A stretch of DNA of 30,749 nt, taken from NCBI GenBank assembly GCA_039715015.1, contig JBDLIE010000030.1:1-30749 (forward strand), in the 5' to 3' direction. The notes under the pieces are model-generated. The model was not told where the DNA came from. It worked only from the letters and a program-made list of their open reading frames with translations, and made no database searches. Shown here piece by piece: positions 9,363 to 18,484 of this stretch. Position numbers and translations under genes: made by a program. The stretch comes from Thermodesulfobacteriota bacterium (lineage in GTDB: Bacteria; Desulfobacterota; Desulfobulbia; Desulfobulbales; SURF-16). The first letter of the stretch is position 1. Every line of letters begins with the position of its first letter.

Positions 9363-9510
9363 GGGCGTTTTTTATATTAATCAATCTATGCCAAGCCCTG
9401 GAGGGAAAGGGGGTCTTGGCCGCCAACTCCATCAAGTCGGCAGTTGACAGAAATCAGCTATTCCACAGGTCTTGTTTGAATGCTGCCAACTGCTCACAAC
9501 CAACTATCTT

Positions 9511-9828
9511 TTAACCAAACATATTGGGGATATCGATACCAAGTCCGCCGGTGAGTTTGCTCATCTCGGCCTGAATCATCTCCTTGGCCTGTTTCATGGC
9601 CTCATTTACTGCGGCAACCACCAGATCTTGAAGCATGGCCGGGTCTTCAGAATTGATGACCTCTTTATCAATGGAGAGGGAAACAACCTCATGCTTGCCA
9701 TTGACAACCGCAGTGACCATACCGCCGCCCACCGAAGCACTTACCGTCTTATCAGCCAGTTCCGCCTGCATCTCAGTCATCTTATGCTGAAACTGCTGGG
9801 CCTGTTCCATAATTGCGTTCATATCCAT
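9511..9828 (-). CDS. ybaB: YbaB/EbfC nucleoid-associated protein
   Basis: GGGMVTAVVNGK, LQDLVVAAVNEA; between dnaX and recR; ATG 9828 has SD GGAG. Confidence 0.95.
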   Translation of the reverse strand: MDMNAIMEQAQQFQHKMTEMQAELADKTVSASVGGGMVTAVVNGKHEVVSLSIDKEVINSEDPAMLQDLVVAAVNEAMKQAKEMIQAEMSKLTGGLGIDIPNMFG

Positions 9829-9893
9829 ATCACAACTCCGTTTCTTGAAATGGATGACAAGAGCAGGACTCCCTGCTTTTTCATCCAAATTTA

Positions 9894-11753
9894 TTATCTA
9901 AATTTAGGGCCGGTCCGTATCCCGACCACCTTACCGTCAAAAATCTCGGTTACCATCTGCACCAGGGGGTCAGCGGCCAAGGCCCGCCGCTCCTCCCGCG
10001 GACTGGATCCGTTACCCTCAACGGTATCACCTTCAATGGAACAGACATCTAAACTGAGTTCGGTCTGAAAAAAATCCTGAGCATAGGTGGCAAGGGCCTT
10101 GAGGTTCTCAGGCTGAGAGAGCAACATGCAGTCCGCCGGGTTCTCAAAGCGGATGAACAATTTCTCTCCCTCAAGATGGGGGTTGTCGCAAAGGCGCAGG
10201 GTCTGGGCCATCCAGGCCTTGCGCTCTTTGACATAGCCGATAAAGTTCTGCCATTCACGGACTACATCACGCTTGCGTAGCTCAACCACCACCTTACCGG
10301 TTTTGGTTTCACTTTTTTGCTCTTCAGCAGGAACGGGGGGAGTCTCTTCCACCTCATCTTGCGATGGATTCTCTTTGATACTGATCGGCTCTGGCGGAGG
10401 CGGAGGTGCGCTTGGCAAATCAGCTTGAGGTACTTGCTCGGGGGGGGCAGCGGCCTGAAACTCCGGCTCCGGCTCTTTTGCAATTACCTGCTGTTGGGCT
10501 GCAACTTCTTTACTGCCCCGAAACGACAGCCCTCTTTTTTCAGTTTTTTTTTGTGTTGCAGGTTGAACCTGACCAACAGGAACCACACCGCCGCTTGCTT
10601 TAATCAGGGTATCAAGGCGCTGGGCCAGCTCAGAGGCCGGCATCACTTCGCCCACCTGACTGGCCCGGATAAAGGTCATCTCCAGGGTTAAGCGCGGCTG
10701 GCTTGCATGGCGCAACTCTTCAGCGCCCTGCATGAAGACCTGAAAGAGTTGATAAAGGCTCTCCTTGCTGGTTGCCGAGGCCAAGGCCATCATGTCATCC
10801 AGATCCTGGGCAGCCACATCAAGAAGGCGGTCGGGTTCCCTGCTTGTCTTGCAAACCATGAGACCGCGGAAAAACTCAAGAAGGTCATCGCTGAATCTTT
10901 TTAGATCCACACCAAGAAGATAGGTCTCTTCAAGAATCTCCAAGCAGCGGGCCAGATCACCATCCATGGCAGAGCGAGCCAGGGTCACAAAGACCTGGCG
11001 GTCGACAAGGCCGAGCACCTGGGCCACATCTTCGTCCTTCACTTCCACGGCGCCGGACTCATCTTCCTCGGCAAAGGAAAACATCTGATCGAGAAGGCTG
11101 AGGCCATCGCGCACACTGCCGTCTGCCTCGCGGACGATCATCTCAAGAGCTGTGGGGGAAATAGCCACCTTTTCCGACTGGGCAATCCGTCCAAAAAACT
11201 CACTGAGCGTATCAACCCCTACCCTTTTTAACTCATAGCGCTGGCAGCGGGAGAGAATAGTAATGGGTACCTTATGGAGCTCGGTGGTGGCAAACATGAA
11301 ATAGACATGCTCAGGTGGCTCCTCCAGGGTCTTCAAAAGGGCATTGAAGGCCTCGGTGGTGAGCATGTGGACCTCGTCAATGATGACGATCTTATAACGG
11401 CTGGAGGTGGGGAAAAAACGGATATTTTCTTTGAGTTCGCGAATCTCTTGAATACCGCGATTGGAGGCGCCATCTATTTCTTTAAGATCAACGGCGTTAC
11501 CGGCGGTAATTTCCTGGCACGACTTGCAGGCGTTACACGGCACATCAGGGTCTTTTGACTCGCAGTTAATGGCCTTGGCCATGAGCCTGGCAAGGGTGGT
11601 CTTTCCTACCCCGCGTACTCCGGAAAACAACATGGCATGGGCCACCCGCTTGCGGCGAAGGGCATTTTGCAATGTCCGCACCACGGGCTGCTGACCAACA
11701 ACGTCATGGAATGTTTGTGGGCGCCATTTCCTGGCGAGAACGAGATAGGACAT
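9894..11753 (-). CDS. dnaX: DNA polymerase III subunit tau/gamma
   Basis: LARKWRP, GVRGVGKTT, IIDEVHML, LLKTLEEPP, SRC motif; Pro-rich linker. Confidence 0.98.
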   Translation of the reverse strand: MSYLVLARKWRPQTFHDVVGQQPVVRTLQNALRRKRVAHAMLFSGVRGVGKTTLARLMAKAINCESKDPDVPCNACKSCQEITAGNAVDLKEIDGASNRGIQEIRELKENIRFFPTSSRYKIVIIDEVHMLTTEAFNALLKTLEEPPEHVYFMFATTELHKVPITILSRCQRYELKRVGVDTLSEFFGRIAQSEKVAISPTALEMIVREADGSVRDGLSLLDQMFSFAEEDESGAVEVKDEDVAQVLGLVDRQVFVTLARSAMDGDLARCLEILEETYLLGVDLKRFSDDLLEFFRGLMVCKTSREPDRLLDVAAQDLDDMMALASATSKESLYQLFQVFMQGAEELRHASQPRLTLEMTFIRASQVGEVMPASELAQRLDTLIKASGGVVPVGQVQPATQKKTEKRGLSFRGSKEVAAQQQVIAKEPEPEFQAAAPPEQVPQADLPSAPPPPPEPISIKENPSQDEVEETPPVPAEEQKSETKTGKVVVELRKRDVVREWQNFIGYVKERKAWMAQTLRLCDNPHLEGEKLFIRFENPADCMLLSQPENLKALATYAQDFFQTELSLDVCSIEGDTVEGNGSSPREERRALAADPLVQMVTEIFDGKVVGIRTGPKFR

Positions 11754-11781
11754 AGAAAGAAGGGTCTAAGGCACAAAAAAA

Positions 11782-11883
11782 GATAGCCAGGCACCCCTGC
11801 GGCACACAAAGGGAATCGCTACCGCTGCTTCCTTCCGGACCTGACGGGGTTCGCGAGCCTTTGTTGCACAGGACCCGGCTATC
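11782..11883 (-). ncRNA. ffs: Signal recognition particle 4.5S RNA
   Basis: Domain IV GTCAGGTCCGGAAGGAAGCAGC inside a long hairpin closed by GATAGCC/GGCTATC; upstream of dnaX; ends approximate. Confidence 0.95.
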
Positions 11884-11937
11884 AAAATATTGCATTTTAC
11901 CAGCCTTAAATCAAGCTGACAAAAGTTGGGCCAAATG

Positions 11938-12026
11938 TGGCGGAGAGGGAGGGATTCGAACCCTCGATAGCTATTAACTATACACACTTTCCAGGCGTGC
12001 TCCTTCGGCCTCTCGGACACCTCTCC
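11938..12026 (-). tRNA. tRNA-Ser(GGA)
   Basis: Reverse complement GGAGAGGTGTCCGAGAGGCCGAAGGAGCACGCCTGGAAAGTGTG...long variable arm...GGTTCGAATCC...CTCCGCCA. Confidence 0.97.
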
Positions 12027-12164
12027 GCATCGTTTGAGAGAGCCATGACCTTCTCAAATCGAGGACGACAATCTACCCGGTTGTCTTTCCTTTTGGAAGA
12101 GTTTTTTTTCAGCGCCTCTTTTTTTAAGAAGTGCCTCTGCCGCCACCACTATTTACGCACATCA

Positions 12165-12647
12165 TTATACTGATTTTCGGCGCCGGGCCCGGAAAAAATC
12201 TTTTAGCAGGGCCGAGGCCTCATCAGCCAAAACACCACCCAGAACCTCCAAGGTATGATTGAGCACCTCGTCGCAACCCACACTATAACACGACACCATA
12301 CCACCAGCCTTGGGATCATCGGCTCCATAGACAAGGCGTTTAACCCGGGCCTGCACCAGGGCACCTGCACACATAACGCAGGGCTCCAGGGTCACATAGA
12401 GAGTCGTACCTGTGAGCCGGTAATTACCCAGCTTCTGAGCTGCTTCCCGCAGGGCCAGAATTTCGGCATGGGCGGTTGGATCGTTAAGAGCGATGGGGCT
12501 ATTACCGGCCTGGGCCAGGATCACGCCATCACCATTCACCAAAACGGCACCAATGGGCACCTCACCATGCCGGGCCGACTGGCGGGCTTCCTCAAGGGCT
12601 ATGGCCATAAAGGCTTCATCCACAGAAGGGTCTACCGGCATTACCAT
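12165..12647 (-). CDS. tadA: tRNA adenosine(34) deaminase
   Basis: EVPIGA, DPTAHAE, TLEPCVMC, FFRARR. Confidence 0.95.
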   Translation of the reverse strand: MVMPVDPSVDEAFMAIALEEARQSARHGEVPIGAVLVNGDGVILAQAGNSPIALNDPTAHAEILALREAAQKLGNYRLTGTTLYVTLEPCVMCAGALVQARVKRLVYGADDPKAGGMVSCYSVGCDEVLNHTLEVLGGVLADEASALLKDFFRARRRKSV

Positions 12648-12655
12648 AAGAGAGA

Positions 12656-13570
12656 TTACTCCCCCTTCTTCCGCTTCAGGCGTTTGACATAGTTGGCTGC
12701 CTCCCAGCCGGCAACACAGCCGTCACCAACGGCCTTTGCCATCTGAAAGGGGCGGCCGGCAATATCTCCGGCAGCATAGACACCGGGAATATTCGTCTCC
12801 ATCTTCTTGTTGGTATCAATATAGCTAAAGGTCTCCATGTCAAGCTGGACGCCGATGGAGGTGGCCAGTTCCATGGGGCCTTTGGAGCCAAGTTCAACAA
12901 AAACACCATCCACCTCAAGGCTGGAACCGTCCTCGAGAACAACCCCGGTCACGGCATTTTCGCCGGCAATCTCCTTAAGCCAAGTACCCTGTTTGACAGT
13001 CACCGAGCTTTCGGCAAGAGGCTGACGCATGGCTTCGGAAACGGCGAGCTCTTTGCAGATGAGGGTGACCTCTGAGGCGTATTTGGTCAGGGTGATGGCA
13101 CCGTCAACAGCGGCACTCCCGTTGCCCACCACCACGACCTTGGCATTGCGGTAAAAATTACAATCGCAATCCACGCAATAGCTCACCCCTTTGCCAGCCA
13201 ACTCTTTTTCGCCGGGCACCCGCAATTTCTTCTTGGCAGTACCGATGGCGATGACCACACTGGCAGCGTGGAAACTCTTACCTTCAGAACGGACATGGAA
13301 ACCGCCCTCTTCCGCCTCTACATGCAGAATATCCTCTTCAATTAAACGGGCGCCAAAACGGGTGGCCTGGGCGATACCGATCTCGATCATTTCATGGCCA
13401 TCAGTAACGCCATTCACACAGAGATAATTCTCGACATGGGCCCGATAAATTGCACTGCGCTCCGGCCTGCCGATGATCACCACCGAGGCCTTTTTACGAA
13501 CCGCATGCACTGCCGCCTGCAGGCCAGCCGGACCGGCCCCCATAATTAATACATCCACCGCTTCTGTCAT
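12656..13570 (-). CDS. Thioredoxin reductase-like FAD/NAD(P)-dependent oxidoreductase
   Basis: GAGPAG, GVSYCVDCD (CxxC), VVGNGSAA, TNIPGVYAAGD; start could be GTG 13579. Confidence 0.88.
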   Translation of the reverse strand: MTEAVDVLIMGAGPAGLQAAVHAVRKKASVVIIGRPERSAIYRAHVENYLCVNGVTDGHEMIEIGIAQATRFGARLIEEDILHVEAEEGGFHVRSEGKSFHAASVVIAIGTAKKKLRVPGEKELAGKGVSYCVDCDCNFYRNAKVVVVGNGSAAVDGAITLTKYASEVTLICKELAVSEAMRQPLAESSVTVKQGTWLKEIAGENAVTGVVLEDGSSLEVDGVFVELGSKGPMELATSIGVQLDMETFSYIDTNKKMETNIPGVYAAGDIAGRPFQMAKAVGDGCVAGWEAANYVKRLKRKKGE

Positions 13571-13768
13571 CCCAAACACCTTATCTAAAACTATGTATCA
13601 ATAATAAACTTCTTGATTGGTAGACGATTAACCCCGCCCACTTGCTTGTTTTTTCTATAAAAAAAGTCCATAAATACAATGGCAAAGAGGCTATCATTTT
13701 TGACCTTTTTCATATAAGATGCACCTTACTTACGCCCCCTTTAAATGTCAAAAAGGAAAAGGACCTCT

Positions 13769-16700
13769 GTGAATTTTCTCGCTGATCTCCATATCCACTC
13801 TCCCTACTCCAGGGCCACCAGTAAGAATTCGAACCTGGCAGGCCTGGCAGCCTGGGCCCAGGTCAAAGGCATCAACCTCATTGGCACCGGTGACTTCACC
13901 CATCCCGGCTGGTTTGCTGAATTAGAAGAACTACTCAGCCCTGCGGAACAGGGCCTTTTCCGCCTCAAAGAACCAAATGTGCCCCTCGCCCTGCCCGGCA
14001 CCACCCCAGCCCCCCTTGACATCCGCTTCACCTTGACTGCTGAAATCAGCTCCATTTATAAGCGGCACGACAAGGTGCGTAAGGTTCACAATATCATCTT
14101 CTGCCCGGACCTTGAGTCGGCCCGGGCCTTTAATGCCCGCCTGGCAGCCATCGGCAACATCCAGTCTGATGGCCGCCCCATTTTGGGTCTTGATTGCCGC
14201 GACCTCCTTGAAATTGTTCTTGAGGAGATCCCCCAGGGCTTTCTGGTCCCAGCCCATATCTGGACCCCCTGGTTTTCCCTCTTTGGCTCCAAGTCCGGTT
14301 TCGACACTATTGAGGATTGCTTTGCTGATCTCAGCGACCATATCTTCGCCCTGGAGACAGGTCTTTCTTCCGACCCGGACATGAACCGCTTGGTATCAGC
14401 CCTGGATCGCTTTACCCTGATTTCAAACTCTGATTGCCACTCGCCAGCCAAGCTTGGCCGCGAGGTCAACCTATTTGACTGCGAACTCTCCTTTGCTGCA
14501 ATGCGTAGAGCTCTGGAAGACCCGAGCCAGGGCTTTTGCGGCACGGTGGAATTTTACCCGGAAGAAGGCAAATACCACCATGACGGTCACCGTAAATGCG
14601 GCATCTGCTTTGACCCAATCACCACCAGGGAGCATGACAACATCTGCCCGGTATGCGGCAAGCCACTCACGGTGGGGGTCAATCACCGGGTCATGGAGCT
14701 TGCCGACCGCAACACCCCCCTTTATGGCGACCAGGCCCCTGGTTTTGAAAGCCTCATTCCTCTGCCGGAAATTCTTTCTGAACTCCTTGGCGTCGGCCCA
14801 AACAGCAAGACCGTTTTAAAACAATACGCCCGGCTCATCGGTAAATTCGGTTCAGAGTTTTGCCTGCTGCGCGACACCCCGGTGGAGGATATAAGTAAAG
14901 ACTCCACCCTGCTCGGCGAAGCCATTAAGCGAGTAAGGGAAAGAAAGGTCATCAGACAGGCGGGCTTTGACGGCCAATTTGGCATCATCCATGTCTTTGA
15001 GGAGGGTGAGATCGATGAGTTGGCCGGGGCCCAAAGCCTCTTTGCCGGCCAGAAGGTCAGTCGCAAGAAGAAAAAGCCCCTTAACAAGGTGGTGCCGAAA
15101 CTCTTCACTCCCTTATCAGACAAGAAGAAGCCCAGCCAAGCTCACAAAGGTCCCAAACTAAACAAGTCCCAGAAGGAAATTGTCAGCTGCTCAAACCCTC
15201 ACATTATTGTTGCCGCCGGGCCCGGCACCGGCAAGACATTTACCCTGGTTGAGAGAATGAGCCGCATGCTCAGTGAGGGACAACTCCCGGAAAACCTCTT
15301 TGCCATCAGCTTTACCAATAAAGCGGCCGAGGAAATCAAGGAACGGCTGGCGATTAAGATAGGCGATGGCGCAGCAGGGGTTTTCAGCGGCACCTTTCAC
15401 ACCTTCTGCCTCCAATGGCTTCGCAAGGCCCAACCAGCCCTGGAGGTCATTGGTGACGAGACCAGGCAACTCCTTCTCAAGCAGCTCTTTGCCAACCTCA
15501 ACCAGCAGGAACGCAACCAGATCAGAGCGGAGATCATCAGCTATTTTCACTTCCTGGTCACCCAGAAGCAGGGTCTGCCAAGCTCGGACCAGGTTCAGAG
15601 TTACCTCAACCACCTTGAAGAAATTGTCGCCATTGACCTGGACGCCATTATCCCCACCTTTATTGCCTGCCTGAAGGATGCTGATTTCAAAAAGCTGGTA
15701 ACCGATCAGGTGCGGGCGCTCTGCGTTGACGAATTCCAGGACGTAAACCGGGCCCAGTACAACCTGGTCAGCACCCTGGCCGACAGCGCCGAAGTCTTTG
15801 CCATTGGCGACCCGGACCAAGCCATCTATGGTTTTCGCGGCAGCGACCTCAAATATTTCTTCCAATTCGTGAAGGACAAAGATGCCAAAGAGCTTCAACT
15901 GACAACCAATTATCGATCACGGCCTGAGATCTTAAAAGCTGCCAGCGCCCTTATTGCCAGGAACACCCTCCGAAGCGGCATGGCGCTCACTCCCAAAAAC
16001 AAAAAACCAGGCTCCCTCCACAAACTAGCCCTGGCCAACGCCCAAAAAGAAGGGCAGGCCATTGGCCACGCCATCGAAAAACTGGTGGGAGGCACCAGCA
16101 GTCTCACCGTGGACCAGGAAGGGGCAGAAAGTTTTACCTTTAAAGATATTGCCATCCTCTTTCGCATGGGCCGCCAAGCCGCTATCCTGGCTGCCGAGTT
16201 AGAAAATCTCAGCATTCCCTTTCAGCAAAGCGGTGCCACTCCTTTTTTCATGAAGCCTGAGGTGCGCCCCCTCTATCATTTCCTTCTGTCCGTAACCGGC
16301 AAGGCCAATATGGCCGACACCCTCCTCTTGTTCGGGGCATTAAAGGGAATCGGCCAAACCACCCTTGATCTTCTGGAACAAAAAATCCCGGTAACCAGTC
16401 ACAATATCTGGGACGAGATCACCCATATTGAGATCCCCCATGGCGCCATGGAAAAGATAGCTGCCCTGCACGAGATGATGGCCCTCTACAAAGAAGGGGC
16501 CCAGAAAGACGGGAGCCACGGCCTTGCTCAAGTCGCCCACTTCCTTGGCCTTGACCTTGACCATGCCTTAGTAGAAAAATTCATCAATTTCGCCAGGGCC
16601 CTGGGAGGGATGGAGGCTGTAGCCAATCATTTCATGAGCCATGCCCAAGCCACGGTTTATGATGATCGCGCCGAGGCGGTATCGCTGATGACCATGCATA

Positions 16701-16987
16701 GCGCCAAAGGCTTGGAGTTTCCCGTGGTTTTTATTGCTGGCCTTGAAGAGGGAATCTGCCCCTATATCTCTACCGGCAGCGACCTGGAGGAAGAACGCCG
16801 CCTCTTGTATGTGGCCTTGACCAGGGCCAAAGAGAAACTCTTTTTAACCCGGAGCAAGACAAGACACGGCAAAGACTGCGAGCCATCCCGTTTTCTCAAT
16901 GAGCTGCCGTCAACTCTCTTTACCACTCTTGGAAAACCAGCGGTCAAAAAGAAAAAGAAAAAAGCCGTGCAGTTAAAATTGTTTTAA
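13769..16987 (+). CDS. Endonuclease Q-like PHP nuclease fused to a UvrD/PcrA-type SF1 helicase
   Basis: N-terminal DLHIHSPYS, GTGDFTHP, HIWTPWFS, SDCHS, Cys Zn finger; C-terminal AGPGTGKT, DEFQD, GDPDQAIYGFRG, NYRS, HSAKGLEF, EERRLLYVALTRA; start GTG 13769 or ATG 13745. Confidence 0.9.
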   Translation: MNFLADLHIHSPYSRATSKNSNLAGLAAWAQVKGINLIGTGDFTHPGWFAELEELLSPAEQGLFRLKEPNVPLALPGTTPAPLDIRFTLTAEISSIYKRHDKVRKVHNIIFCPDLESARAFNARLAAIGNIQSDGRPILGLDCRDLLEIVLEEIPQGFLVPAHIWTPWFSLFGSKSGFDTIEDCFADLSDHIFALETGLSSDPDMNRLVSALDRFTLISNSDCHSPAKLGREVNLFDCELSFAAMRRALEDPSQGFCGTVEFYPEEGKYHHDGHRKCGICFDPITTREHDNICPVCGKPLTVGVNHRVMELADRNTPLYGDQAPGFESLIPLPEILSELLGVGPNSKTVLKQYARLIGKFGSEFCLLRDTPVEDISKDSTLLGEAIKRVRERKVIRQAGFDGQFGIIHVFEEGEIDELAGAQSLFAGQKVSRKKKKPLNKVVPKLFTPLSDKKKPSQAHKGPKLNKSQKEIVSCSNPHIIVAAGPGTGKTFTLVERMSRMLSEGQLPENLFAISFTNKAAEEIKERLAIKIGDGAAGVFSGTFHTFCLQWLRKAQPALEVIGDETRQLLLKQLFANLNQQERNQIRAEIISYFHFLVTQKQGLPSSDQVQSYLNHLEEIVAIDLDAIIPTFIACLKDADFKKLVTDQVRALCVDEFQDVNRAQYNLVSTLADSAEVFAIGDPDQAIYGFRGSDLKYFFQFVKDKDAKELQLTTNYRSRPEILKAASALIARNTLRSGMALTPKNKKPGSLHKLALANAQKEGQAIGHAIEKLVGGTSSLTVDQEGAESFTFKDIAILFRMGRQAAILAAELENLSIPFQQSGATPFFMKPEVRPLYHFLLSVTGKANMADTLLLFGALKGIGQTTLDLLEQKIPVTSHNIWDEITHIEIPHGAMEKIAALHEMMALYKEGAQKDGSHGLAQVAHFLGLDLDHALVEKFINFARALGGMEAVANHFMSHAQATVYDDRAEAVSLMTMHSAKGLEFPVVFIAGLEEGICPYISTGSDLEEERRLLYVALTRAKEKLFLTRSKTRHGKDCEPSRFLNELPSTLFTTLGKPAVKKKKKKAVQLKLF

Positions 16988-17067
16988 TTTTATTTCACAG
17001 CTGTATTAATCATTTCCCATACTGTGACGAAAAAATAACACCCCTGCATGAAGATTTAATTCCCCCT

Positions 17068-17553
17068 ATGGACACTCCCCAACAGCGACTTCTGAAAATC
17101 GGCAAGGCTTCGGTTGGCCTTATTGGACTTGATCCTGCCTTGCAAAAGGCCATTGCTGACAATCTCAGCCCCAAAGATGCTGAAAACTTTCTCTTTACCA
17201 CCATTGCCAAACTTAACTATGTCCCGGCCTCAGCCGAGAAAAACTACCGCGCAGCCCTACGACAAGAATTTGAGCGCCGATTGGCCGGGGACGAACTAAC
17301 CAGCGACGTCCTTGAGGTCCGTGTCTTCGGCAGTGGGTGTGTTACCTGTGACAAGCTGGCCGCTATGATGTTTGACATCCTGCAACGGATGAATCTGGTG
17401 GCTGATATTGAGAAAATCTATGATCTTGATGAAATCTGGCGGCACGGGGTGATCAGTCCCCCGGCCTTAAAGATTAATGGCGAACTCCTCTGCCAGGGGC
17501 GGATGCCCACCCCTGCCGAGATCGAACAATGGCTACGGGACCGGCAAGACTAA
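17068..17553 (+). CDS. Thioredoxin-like small redox-active disulfide protein (MTH895-type) with N-terminal extension
   Basis: VRVFGSGCVTCDKL (CxxC), GVISPPALKINGE...GRMP. Confidence 0.8.
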   Translation: MDTPQQRLLKIGKASVGLIGLDPALQKAIADNLSPKDAENFLFTTIAKLNYVPASAEKNYRAALRQEFERRLAGDELTSDVLEVRVFGSGCVTCDKLAAMMFDILQRMNLVADIEKIYDLDEIWRHGVISPPALKINGELLCQGRMPTPAEIEQWLRDRQD

Positions 17554-17570
17554 ATCCTTACTGCTGTTTC

Positions 17571-17606
17571 AAAAAAACAGGCCAAGGCGCTTTCGCGCCC
17601 TGGCCT
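17571..17606 (-). terminator. Intrinsic terminator hairpin, T-tract on the minus strand
   Basis: AGGCCAAGGCGC-TTTC-GCGCCCTGGCCT preceded on the plus strand by an A7 run. Confidence 0.6.
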
Positions 17607-17932
17607 GGTGGGCAGGGTGCTATCCAGGAAGCCCAAAAGAGTCACCTTGCCGCACTACGCAACATCTAGCGAGCTGACCACCAGAAAATACTGCGGCAAT
17701 TCGCCATGCTACACTTTGTCGCACCGCGATAAAATGCCTCCTGTTCCATGGCCATGTCCAATCGGCGTGGCCCCCGGCTAAATCTCCCCAGGAACCACTC
17801 GCTAAAAAACAGTTTGCCGATAAAGCTTTTTGGGAAAAAATGTGATGAACTGCCAGAGACGGGGAGGCAAGGACTAAGACAGGGAAAACAGATATTGGCC
17901 CTTGCTTGGAGAAGCCGCCATCGTACTGGTGA

Positions 17933-18484
17933 CTAGCGCAAAAGACCGAAAAAATGGGGCTGATGAAAATCAGGTCTTTCACCTGGGACAGGATAGGCAG
18001 CTAAATAACAACGCTCCACGCCCTGGCCATGTATGGCGTAGGCATTGGTATGGGTGAAAGGAGTTGGGAGGTGATCTGCAACCAGTTTCAAAGTGGCCTG
18101 CCAGCGGCAACCCACAATCTCGGTTGAGAAATGGCTGGGATGCAGTTTCTTCTTAACCTGGCGGATACCGGCAAGAAGGAGGATAAGATAATGACCGTGG
18201 GGGCCCATTTCCACCTCAAGATAATGGCCATTGGCTGCAAGCAAAAAAAGCTCCACTACTTCATAGTCCCAGAGCCCGTTCAACTCACCCTCCCCACCTG
18301 CTGGTGGAGGGTCACCATAAAAGGGTGCTGCCACAGTTATCGTAAGCTCATCATCAGTCAGTCGAACAGAGAGATCAACGACATCAGCCTGTGCCACAGG
18401 GGAGCCATCCCAAGTCTGGGCAATCTGCAGCTTAACGGTTTCTGCCTTCTTATACTTCGGCAAAAGGAAACTCAGGGTCATCAA
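17933..18484 (-). CDS. UPF0462 / C4orf33-like protein
   Basis: TWDGSPV, APFYGDPP, LWDYEVVELF, YLEVEMGPHG, NAYAIHG, PDFH match the motif order of human C4orf33 as I recall it; start codon uncertain. Confidence 0.75.
   Translation of the reverse strand: MMTLSFLLPKYKKAETVKLQIAQTWDGSPVAQADVVDLSVRLTDDELTITVAAPFYGDPPPAGGEGELNGLWDYEVVELFLLAANGHYLEVEMGPHGHYLILLLAGIRQVKKKLHPSHFSTEIVGCRWQATLKLVADHLPTPFTHTNAYAIHGQGVERCYLAAYPVPGERPDFHQPHFFGLLR

Noticed and set aside
9363..9510. Imperfect inverted repeat GCAGTTGACAG / CTGCCAACTGC between ybaB and recR
   Set aside because: Short, one mismatch, no further support; probably an ordinary intergenic hairpin
10533..10540. AAAAAAG in dnaX resembling the E. coli A AAA AAG slippery heptamer
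   Set aside because: Out of phase with the reading frame (GAA AAA AGA); the adjacent A9 run is the better candidate
11704..12173. Short ORFs 11704-11895, 11766-12020 and 11937-12173
   Set aside because: They are translations of ffs and tRNA-Ser
12165..16987. Functional link between tadA (makes inosine) and the EndoQ fusion (cuts at inosine)
   Set aside because: tadA position is explained by the conserved tadA-ffs-dnaX-ybaB-recR order, and the genes are divergent and separated by trxB
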